Assembly (NCBI GenBank): GCA_031284365.1
Contig: JAISZX010000061.1
Location: 1 to 62,585, forward strand
Origin: Holosporaceae bacterium
Lineage (GTDB): Bacteria; Pseudomonadota; Alphaproteobacteria; UBA3830
DNA: 62,585 nt
Reading direction: 5' to 3'
Part shown: positions 17,161 through 26,618 of the stretch, in pieces
Layout of the letters: each line of letters starts with the position of its first letter
Numbering within the stretch: position 1 is the stretch's first letter
Translations under genes and position numbers: made by a program
The notes under the pieces: generated by a model
Told to the model about the DNA's origin: nothing
Database searches by the model: none
The model's input: the letters and a program-made list of their open reading frames with translations, nothing else

Positions 17161-18418
17161 ATTTCTAACAATAATACTGTATCCATTTCTGTTTATATAC
17201 TTATTCATTAGGATTGCCAGAGGATTAGAAGATAAAAAAAGATTTTCCGAGCGTCTGGGGATAGCGAAGCGGCCAAGACCAGAGGGGAAGTTAATTTGGT
17301 TTAACGCGGTGAGCATGGGCGAAATAAATTCTGCCTGGACTATTATCAGCAGAATAAACGGTAGAAATAGGTACAACATTCTGATTACCACCACAAGTAT
17401 TACGGGAGCAGAAACAGCTATGAGAAGAATGAAGACTTTGAATTTCCCCGAGAGAGTTATACATCAGTACGCCCCAGTAGATTTTTCCTTCTCCGTACGT
17501 CGTTTTCTGAGACATTGGAAACCCAATCTGTTAATCAATGTAGAATCTGAATTTTGGCCAAATATTCTGACTATGACCAGAGAATATTGCTCTATAATAG
17601 TGCTAAATGGTAAATTATCTCGAAGATCATTCAGATTTTGGTATAAATTCCGTGGCCTAAGGGAAAAAATGTTTTCAAAAATAGATATATGTCTTGCCCA
17701 ATCTAAAAATGACTACAAAAAATTCATTAATCTAGGAGTACAGAACGTTCAGTTTTTGGGAAATATTAAATTCTTTGTGGATAAAAGTAGTGTGGACAAT
17801 GTACTCTATGAAAAATTTCTAAAAGAGGTGGGAAACAGAAATAGGTGGATGGCAAATTGTACCCACGGAGGTGAGGAGGAAATTGTGATGGAGGTGCACA
17901 AAAGACTAAAGCAGATTTATCCTGATCTTATAACTTTTCTCATTGTTAGACATGGGGATAGAATTCCTAGAGTAAAAAAGTTATTAGCTGCTGATGATTT
18001 GAAATGCATTACGACCACCGAGGGTGGTGTAATAGCGGAAGATATGGACTTTTTCATACATGATAGGTATGGCGATCTGGGTACATTTTTTGATTTTTGT
18101 AAAGTAATTTTCATGGGTGGCTCTATGAAAAAGGGTATTGGTGGCCATACTCCGGCAGAATCCATAAAACACAGGTGCTGTTTAGTAACCGGTCCGTACA
18201 TCGACAATAATTTTCTACTGTTCAAAGAATTGCAGAAAGTGGATGGCTGCACAATATTGGAAGATGATAGCGCCGATGCGCTTTTCAACTCCATCAGTTT
18301 TTTACTGAGTAATCCTGAAGCGGTAGAGCGAATCTCCAAGAATGCCTATCTTAGAAGTATACAATACAATAGTGTTCTAGGTGAAATCATAGATATAATA
18401 GTTACTAAGCTGCAGTAA
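17135..18418 (+). CDS. waaA: 3-deoxy-D-manno-octulosonic acid (Kdo) transferase
   Basis: LIWFNAVSMGEINSAWTIISRI (family motif iWxHaxSxGE), a C-terminal GGSMKKGIGGHTPAES motif, and a 26-nt overlap with the upstream gene. Confidence 0.9.
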   Translation: MLTMLILYRFLTIILYPFLFIYLFIRIARGLEDKKRFSERLGIAKRPRPEGKLIWFNAVSMGEINSAWTIISRINGRNRYNILITTTSITGAETAMRRMKTLNFPERVIHQYAPVDFSFSVRRFLRHWKPNLLINVESEFWPNILTMTREYCSIIVLNGKLSRRSFRFWYKFRGLREKMFSKIDICLAQSKNDYKKFINLGVQNVQFLGNIKFFVDKSSVDNVLYEKFLKEVGNRNRWMANCTHGGEEEIVMEVHKRLKQIYPDLITFLIVRHGDRIPRVKKLLAADDLKCITTTEGGVIAEDMDFFIHDRYGDLGTFFDFCKVIFMGGSMKKGIGGHTPAESIKHRCCLVTGPYIDNNFLLFKELQKVDGCTILEDDSADALFNSISFLLSNPEAVERISKNAYLRSIQYNSVLGEIIDIIVTKLQ

Positions 18419-18577
18419 TAGTAAACAGAAGTACATGGCAGTGAAGTATGGTTGTAAAAATACTCTGGATCTTTCAGAAAACAAAAACTGGGGCGCGTGC
18501 GTTGCATATTCAAAATTTCCAGTGTGGTACGCTAAATAATTTACGGTACTTCCATTTTCTTCTGAATTGAATTTCAC

Positions 18578-19453
18578 TTGGAAAACAAATTTATTTCGGT
18601 CGAATCGGTGAAAAATATAGGTAGCAATTTAAAAACATCATTGGCAGATTCTCCAACGAATATGGTTCGCTGTTTTAAAATAAAACCAAAAGATGGTGAT
18701 ACTCTGGCTTTCACCGAGTACCATGCGGAGTTAAAGATAGGGGACATTGTTTACAAACCTCAGTGTAATTTCGAGGAAGGTGACGAACTTAGAGCCTTTT
18801 CAGACATAACCAGCAATAGTTACGGTGTCATAGCGGCATTTGACAACGTTGGCATTAGGAAAAATGAGATTTTTCTGGGTAAATTTGATAGTGCTAGAGT
18901 GGACATATTTATGGTTGACTGTGAGCATTTGGAATACGGTAGTGTCAGCATAGTTAGTGGTTTCGTGGATTCTGTGGAAATTTCCGGGGAAAGAGTTTAT
19001 TTCAGTGTAGCTGGAATTATGAGTGTTCTCGAGAAAACGATGGGCAGCGTCTATTCTCCTCTGTGCAGAGCCAAGTTTTGTGATAGAAAGTGTGGTTTGA
19101 CTATCCAAAGCTATAGCCATCACGGTGAAATAGCCAGTGTGACCGGAGATAGCGAATTTCACAGCGAAGTTAGTGCCATAAAAGACAAAGACAGGGACTA
19201 TTTTAGATATGGATTTGTTACTTTCACAGAAGGTAAAAATGTTAGCATTTCCATTGAGGTCAAACAGTCGTATCTTGGTAATATAGTTCTAAATGTACCA
19301 CCTCCAAGTGCCATGGGGGTGGGAGATCAGTTTACACTGGTGACCGGCTGCGATAAGAAATTTAGTAGCTGTATAGAAAAATTTGGAAATGCTGTAAATT
19401 TTAGGGGCGAACCCAATTTACCAAGAACTACTAAGGTGTACAAATTCTACTAG
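18578..19453 (+). CDS. GTA/phage tail protein, g13-like (DUF2163 + BR0599 C-terminal domain)
   Basis: The C-terminal VTGCDKKFSSCIEKFGNAVNFRGEPNLP matches the conserved GCDKxxxTCxxKFxNxxNFxGFP motif of the BR0599/DUF2163 family. Confidence 0.8.
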   Translation: MENKFISVESVKNIGSNLKTSLADSPTNMVRCFKIKPKDGDTLAFTEYHAELKIGDIVYKPQCNFEEGDELRAFSDITSNSYGVIAAFDNVGIRKNEIFLGKFDSARVDIFMVDCEHLEYGSVSIVSGFVDSVEISGERVYFSVAGIMSVLEKTMGSVYSPLCRAKFCDRKCGLTIQSYSHHGEIASVTGDSEFHSEVSAIKDKDRDYFRYGFVTFTEGKNVSISIEVKQSYLGNIVLNVPPPSAMGVGDQFTLVTGCDKKFSSCIEKFGNAVNFRGEPNLPRTTKVYKFY

Positions 19454-19909
19454 ATGTCGGAAAAGATTGGTTCCAGTGAAGTACTCGTGGTAGCTAGAAA
19501 ATGGATTGGCACAAGATTTCATTTCGCCGCCAGGGTTAGAAAAAATTCTGGCAATGCTGGTGGGATTGACTGCATAGGTCTAGTTATAAAAGTTGGTGAG
19601 GATATAGGAGCCTCTTTCAACGGTAGAAATATAGCCAGCTACGATTATCTGACGTACTCAAAATATCCAAATCGCGGAGAGATGAGAGAATTTCTGGATA
19701 GCTATTTTCTAAAAATGTCTGCAACCAGCACAGGAATTGGTGATCTGATTTATTTTAATTTTCCCAATGGTCTTGAACATATAGCTATAGCTAGTGATTT
19801 GGGTATCATTCACTGCTGTCTGGAGGCTAGATCGGTTGTGGAACATCAACTCAATTCCTACTGGAAAGAGAAAATAATAGGTTTCTATAGATATAATTTT
19901 GAATTCTAA
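19454..19909 (+). CDS. GTA/phage NlpC/P60 cell-wall peptidase, g14-like
   Basis: ARKWIGTRFHFAARV...GGIDCIGLV carries the catalytic Cys and GLEHIAIA carries the His. The start codon abuts the g13-like stop (tagATG). Confidence 0.8.
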   Translation: MSEKIGSSEVLVVARKWIGTRFHFAARVRKNSGNAGGIDCIGLVIKVGEDIGASFNGRNIASYDYLTYSKYPNRGEMREFLDSYFLKMSATSTGIGDLIYFNFPNGLEHIAIASDLGIIHCCLEARSVVEHQLNSYWKEKIIGFYRYNFEF

Positions 19910-19996
19910 ATGAATGGATTTCTAGTTAGAAACTGGACGGAGCTATATACATCCAAAGGGCAATACTTGTAATGCAATGAGGCGATACCTATATAG

Positions 19997-21925
<1,929 letters not shown>

Positions 21926-22141
21926 TATCTTTGCTAGCCACATGAAGTATTTGCGGATTTTTACCGATTTTTTTTGCCATTAGCTTGCCGTTAGTTAGAT
22001 CTAGCTGCCAGCGAATAGGTTCAGCAGGGATGTCCGAGGGGTGGTGTCGATGTGGCCAGTGGTGATGGTAAAAAATGTTGATTATTAATCATAGCGGTCT
22101 TAGGTGTTCCCACATTCTTCTAGTTATATGGTAAGAGATAA

Positions 22142-22625
22142 ATGAACAGAGAGAAAATCCTTCAAAAGATCAGAAATATTGGAACCGAAGATTTTGACTT
22201 TGATCAATCCAAAGTTAGAGAGGACATGCTGCTGGAGCAGCTTTACTCTCTATGCGGGATTGTTGATTCTATGAGTTTTCTAGGCTGTGACATAGAGGAG
22301 GTTGAGCGATTCCGCAATGCTTCTGCATCTCTGCTAGATAAGATTTTTACCCAGGCGGAGCAGAACTATTGCTGTTCAAAATTATGTTCCGAACGCCACT
22401 TCGCCGCCAGATTTTGTACCAAGGAGGCAGTGGTGAAAGCTCTATCCCGCTACGGATTTGGCGGTATCACCTGCAGAGACATAGAAGTTGTAAAAGACAA
22501 AAATTTGCCAAGGATATACCATAGAGGGATTTGATATAGCTGTATCCATAAGCCATTTCAATACTAGTGCGATGGCTGTGGTTATTCTAGAGCCGAGTCG
22601 TACAAGTTTGCATTCGAAAAAATAA
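22142..22625 (+). pseudogene. acpS: holo-ACP synthase (AcpS) interrupted by a frameshift near 22527
   Basis: Frame 2 gives ...GCDIEEVERF...FTQAEQNYC...AARFCTKEAVVKAL...DIEVVKDKNLPRIYHRGI-stop. Frame 0 continues from 22527 as GFDIAVSISHFNTSAMAVVILE..., which is the AcpS C-terminal SxSH...A.A.vvle motif, and stops at 22625. Removing one G from the GGG at 22526-22528 restores a single ORF. The real start may be the ATG at 22271 (MSFLGCDIEEV). Confidence 0.7.
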
Positions 22626-22691
22626 TTCTTTACAATTTAATAAAATGTGTTACAATACCCATATTCCTAATAATAATTAGTAAGAGTTACT

Positions 22692-25600
22692 ATGACCGCT
22701 ACAGAATCAGGAAAAATGAATTGTAAACTAGCAAGCATGCTTGTCCTTTTCCTATTATTCGGAATATCAATAAGTTTCACAGCCTTTGGCACCGTAGAAG
22801 TTAGTATAGACAATTTTAATAGTCTAAAGAGAATTCTTGAAGAGCAAAAAACTCCTCAAGTGAGGCAGGCCGCTAGAAAAACAAAGGTGAATATAAAAAT
22901 AACTAAAAACATAGAACTCGAACAGGAAGGAATAGTAGCTACCTATACGTATTTATATGCTAATAAGACTATTAGCTATAGTAACGTAGTTATGTCTGGT
23001 AGTTTAGAGAAGAATACATCTGATAGTTTAAAGAATGGAAGAATTCGGATTCATGGAGAAAAACAAATGGGGATAGGACACCATTCTTTAACATTTGGTG
23101 ATTCCGACGTTGATCGAACAAATATTCTTCTGAAAGATTTGGAGTTTGATCGAACAAATATTCTTCTGAAAGATTTGGAGTTTGATAGTTGCAACAACAT
23201 ATACGAAGAAAGTAAAGATAAAGAAACAAGTTATAGGAAAGGTGGTGGAGCTATTGTTATTGGAGGACAAACAGATATTACACTGGAAAATGTAATTTTT
23301 AATAATAATAGATCAAACTATGCTGGTGGTGCTATTGCTTCTCTGGGACCAGTGATGCCTGTCGAGGGACGTGAATTTAAAAATAACTTAATTTTCAGAG
23401 GAAAAGACGATGAAAGAATTATTTTCAGTAAAAATTACGTTGGGCATGAAAGTGAAGACGATGGTCCAATAGCATTTGGGAGCGAAGGTGGTGCGGTCTA
23501 TCTGCGGTACTCAAATCTAAATTTTGAAAATGAAGTATATTTCATAGAAAATCAATCCTTTGGCTCAGGTGGAGCCGTAGCTTCCTCTGGAAATAAATAC
23601 CAGAAAAATATTATAAATTTTAAAAAAGGAGTTCTTTTAAGAAAAAATTCTAGTATTTTGGAATATAAAGGTTATATAGGTGGAGGTGCTATTTATTTTA
23701 GTGACTCAGATGCAAATTTTTATGAAAATGCAACTTTTGAAGGAAACTCTGCCAGAGGAAAAGGCGGCGCTATCTATTCCCTTGGAGCAGAAAAGAAAGA
23801 AAGCGATGAAAGAAATATTTTAAATTTCTCTGGAGAAACCAGATTCATTGATAATAAAACCAATGAAAGTTACGGTGGAGCAATTTGTGCTATAGGTTCA
23901 CGTTTTATCTTCAACGGTAAAACAAGTTTTAGCGAAAATGTTTCCCATGACAAAGGGGGTGCCATCTATATAACAACCTGGTTTCAAATTAACAATGGCA
24001 AATTTGAGAGTTCTATCTTTAAAGAACAGGCAATTTTTGAAAGAAATCAAGCTTACCAAGGTGGTAGTGCGATCTACATTGAAAATAGTACGGAGATAGT
24101 ATTCGATGCTGGCCTTAATTTGATCGATAATATCACCAAAGCACAAGAAAGTAGTGGAGCCATACATATGAAGGGGTTTAGTGACGAAAGTCTAGCCAAA
24201 ATTACCATAGTACAGAAAAATTCTAGTGAAACAATATTCAAAGGAAACGAATCAAGCAACGGAAGTGAACAAAACGCTTTCTATCTGGAACAATATTCAC
24301 GGCTAAATTTTGTAGTGAATGACAGCTACATTGATCTCTACGATAAAATAGGTGGGGACAGATCGAAAAATAACAATGTTGTAACTATAGACAAAGGCAG
24401 CGGCTGGTTCCGCATCAGAGAGGAAGGTTCAATAAATAACGTCGATCTTGTCAATAGAGGAAATCTAGATTTGGCGAGTTCAGTATCCACAGAATTTAAT
24501 CTAGTTAGTTTTACAAACTCTGGGAAAATTAAATTTGAAATATTTGACAATAGAGTGTCCGATGTAATTAAAGCAGATACGATAAGTCTAAATCAGGGAA
24601 CTACCATAGAAATATTTACCAATAGTAAAGACATTATACACGAAGGAAATGTCTACAACATTTTGATTTCTAAAAATGTCATTGTCGTTGGTGGTGAAAT
24701 AACAATTGAGCCAAAATTATTGGGCAATTTTAAAGTTGAAGGAAAACTCAGTGATGATAATAAAGTCTATAGCGTTACTGTTATAGATGATGAAGAAAGA
24801 GAGAGAAAAATAAAGGAAGAGGAAAGGAGAAAAGAAGAGGAAGAAATAAGGAGAAAGGAAGAGGAAAGGAGAAAAGAAGAGGAAGAAATAAGGAGAAAGG
24901 AAGAGGAAAAGAGAAAAGAAGAGGAAGAAATAAGGAGAAAGGAAGAGGAAAGGAGAAAAGAAGAGGAAGAAAGAAAAAGGAGAGAAGAGGAAAAGAGAAA
25001 GGAAGAGGAAGAAATAGTAAGAGTAGAGGAAGAAAGAAGAAAGGAAGAGAAAGAAATAGTGAGGAGAATAGAAGAAGATGAAAATGGGAGAAACAAGGAA
25101 AAAATAAATATAAAAGAAGAAGACGAGAAAAATGAAGAAGAAGAAGAGACAGTAAAAGAAAAAGATATGACAATAACAAAAAAAGAAGAGAAAGAGGAAG
25201 AGGAAAAAATAACAGAAGAGGGTATAGTGGAAGAAAAAAAAGATACGGTAGAAGAAATGGAAGAAATTATAAAAACAGAAGATGAAGAAAAAAAGGAAAA
25301 ACATGAAGAAATAGCGATACCATTTAAAGATAAATCTCCGGATGAAACAGTATCTTTTGCAACCAATTTGCCTGGCAATCAACAAAATTATAATATTTTC
25401 ACTCAATTTGTAGCAAATATCATCAGCAATAATCTTCTATCTACCTGCCGAGCAAAGATCAGTAAGGATATTTCCCTAGATACTGTGGTTTTGGAACCAA
25501 ACTATGGCAATAGCAAAATATCCAATAAATTAACTGAAAGTACTCCAGGTATTCTAATAACCTATGGCCACAGCTTCGAGAATTTAATTGCTAGCAGAGA

Positions 25601-26291
25601 TATTCTTCTGGGACTACAATTTAATCTAGGTAACCATTTCTTCAGAGAGTACTATGGCAACAAAGCTAGAGCCAATGAAAAAACCGTAGCCCTACAGCTG
25701 TCAAGTGAGATTGGTAACAAATTTAATTTAATCTTAAATCTATCTTATGGAAAAAATAGCTATAATTTGGCTATAAACACAGAAAAATCAGCTATGATGG
25801 CAGAAACTAGTTTTTCTACCAGTGTATTTGATGTGGCTGCAATTCTAGAAAAAGAGTTTAGAATTAAAAATAATCTAATTTTCATTCCTTCCGGGGTACT
25901 ACAAGGTTCTCTGCTGAGTCACAATAAATTTGTTGGAAAAAATGAAAGAAATTTAGATTTAGCAATTTATGGCAACAATTATCATCTATTTTTTAGTAGC
26001 CTTAATCTGAATCTAACGTTAGATTCATATAAGCTTAGACCATTTATTGAGTTAGGAGCTAAATATCTAATATCAGCATCCAAACCAGAGGTTATAGCTA
26101 ATTTTATAGATTATCCTGACTATAAATTCAGGGTTGTTGGAATGACTTTCGATAAATTGCTAGGTTCTGCGGCTTTAGGCTTTAGTTATAGGGTGACTAA
26201 CAATTTATCCATAAATCTTAAAGGTGATTACCAATTTACCAAAAACTACAGATCAATTGTCGCTAGCTTTTTTGTAACCTATAGTTTATAA
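22692..26291 (+). CDS. autotransporter-type surface protein with Pmp (GGA[IV]/FxxN) passenger repeats, charged repeat stalk and C-terminal beta-barrel
   Basis: Signal-like N-terminus. At least 8 GGA(I/V) motifs alternate with FxxN (GGGAIVIGG..FNNN; GGAIAS; EGGAVYL..FIEN; GGGAIYF..FEGN; KGGAIYS..FIDN; YGGAICA..FSEN; KGGAIYI..FERN). The last about 300 aa have an alternating-hydrophobic beta-strand pattern. Confidence 0.75.
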   Translation: MTATESGKMNCKLASMLVLFLLFGISISFTAFGTVEVSIDNFNSLKRILEEQKTPQVRQAARKTKVNIKITKNIELEQEGIVATYTYLYANKTISYSNVVMSGSLEKNTSDSLKNGRIRIHGEKQMGIGHHSLTFGDSDVDRTNILLKDLEFDRTNILLKDLEFDSCNNIYEESKDKETSYRKGGGAIVIGGQTDITLENVIFNNNRSNYAGGAIASLGPVMPVEGREFKNNLIFRGKDDERIIFSKNYVGHESEDDGPIAFGSEGGAVYLRYSNLNFENEVYFIENQSFGSGGAVASSGNKYQKNIINFKKGVLLRKNSSILEYKGYIGGGAIYFSDSDANFYENATFEGNSARGKGGAIYSLGAEKKESDERNILNFSGETRFIDNKTNESYGGAICAIGSRFIFNGKTSFSENVSHDKGGAIYITTWFQINNGKFESSIFKEQAIFERNQAYQGGSAIYIENSTEIVFDAGLNLIDNITKAQESSGAIHMKGFSDESLAKITIVQKNSSETIFKGNESSNGSEQNAFYLEQYSRLNFVVNDSYIDLYDKIGGDRSKNNNVVTIDKGSGWFRIREEGSINNVDLVNRGNLDLASSVSTEFNLVSFTNSGKIKFEIFDNRVSDVIKADTISLNQGTTIEIFTNSKDIIHEGNVYNILISKNVIVVGGEITIEPKLLGNFKVEGKLSDDNKVYSVTVIDDEERERKIKEEERRKEEEEIRRKEEERRKEEEEIRRKEEEKRKEEEEIRRKEEERRKEEEERKRREEEKRKEEEEIVRVEEERRKEEKEIVRRIEEDENGRNKEKINIKEEDEKNEEEEETVKEKDMTITKKEEKEEEEKITEEGIVEEKKDTVEEMEEIIKTEDEEKKEKHEEIAIPFKDKSPDETVSFATNLPGNQQNYNIFTQFVANIISNNLLSTCRAKISKDISLDTVVLEPNYGNSKISNKLTESTPGILITYGHSFENLIASRDILLGLQFNLGNHFFREYYGNKARANEKTVALQLSSEIGNKFNLILNLSYGKNSYNLAINTEKSAMMAETSFSTSVFDVAAILEKEFRIKNNLIFIPSGVLQGSLLSHNKFVGKNERNLDLAIYGNNYHLFFSSLNLNLTLDSYKLRPFIELGAKYLISASKPEVIANFIDYPDYKFRVVGMTFDKLLGSAALGFSYRVTNNLSINLKGDYQFTKNYRSIVASFFVTYSL
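23112..23183 (+). repeat. perfect 2 x 36-bp tandem duplication (DRTNILLKDLEF x2)
   Basis: gatcgaacaaatattcttctgaaagatttggagttt occurs twice back to back, in frame. Confidence 0.95.
24816..25070 (+). repeat. 42-nt (14-aa) coding tandem repeat, 3 near-perfect plus about 3 degenerate copies
   Basis: Units start at 24816, 24858, 24900 and 24942 (gaagaggaaaggagaaaagaagaggaagaaataaggagaaag = EERRKEEEEIRRKE) and decay towards 25070. Confidence 0.85.
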
Positions 26292-26307
26292 TCGCTATCC
26301 TTTTTCA

Positions 26308-26336
26308 GGGGGACAGAGACTGCAAAACCGTCCCCC
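26308..26336 (+). terminator. possible stem-loop terminator after the autotransporter gene
   Basis: GGGGGAC (26308-14) pairs with GTCCCCC (26330-36). This is the only GC-rich stem in the spacer, 17 nt after the stop. The loop is long (15 nt) and the T-tract is weak. Confidence 0.3.
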
Positions 26337-26505
26337 TAGTGGCTTTTCAAAAGCAGGCCTATACCTAGAGAATTTGGAACAATTTTGGTCAACTTCTTGA
26401 TTCTATTAGATAAAACCCTTTCCAATTCTATTATCAAACTGTTTAGAATGTGTTTACAGGTAAAAGCCACCATTTCCACCCCTACTCAGAAATCTTTGAA
26501 AACAA

Positions 26506-26581
26506 TGGTGCCACAAAAGGGACTCGAACCCCCGACCTACTGATTACAAATCAGTTGCTCTACCAGCTGAGCCAGTTCGGC
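26506..26581 (-). tRNA. tRNA-Thr(UGU), CCA encoded
   Basis: The reverse complement reads GCCGAAC-TG-GCTC AGCTGGTA GAGC-A-ACTGA TTTGTAA TCAGT-AGGTC-GGGGG TTCGAGT CCCTT-TTGTGGC-A-CCA. The acceptor stem has 2 mismatches (see findings). Confidence 0.8.
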
Positions 26582-26618
26582 ACAAGTGCGTAAGATAGTA
26601 TTACATAAATTTTCTGAT

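Noticed and set aside
22142-22270. N-terminal 43 aa of the acpS ORF resembling an acyl-carrier-protein helix with a G-x-x-D-S-M motif (possible ACP-AcpS fusion)
   Set aside because: It is too short for an ACP fold, and the motif spacing differs from DSL-type sites. An internal ATG at 22271 gives a normal AcpS N-terminus (MSFLGCDIEEV), so this is probably untranslated leader or a chance resemblance.
24717-25406. Three overlapping minus-strand ORFs (229, 203 and 132 aa) rich in F/L/S
   Set aside because: This is the same antisense polypurine artefact, opposite the autotransporter stalk.
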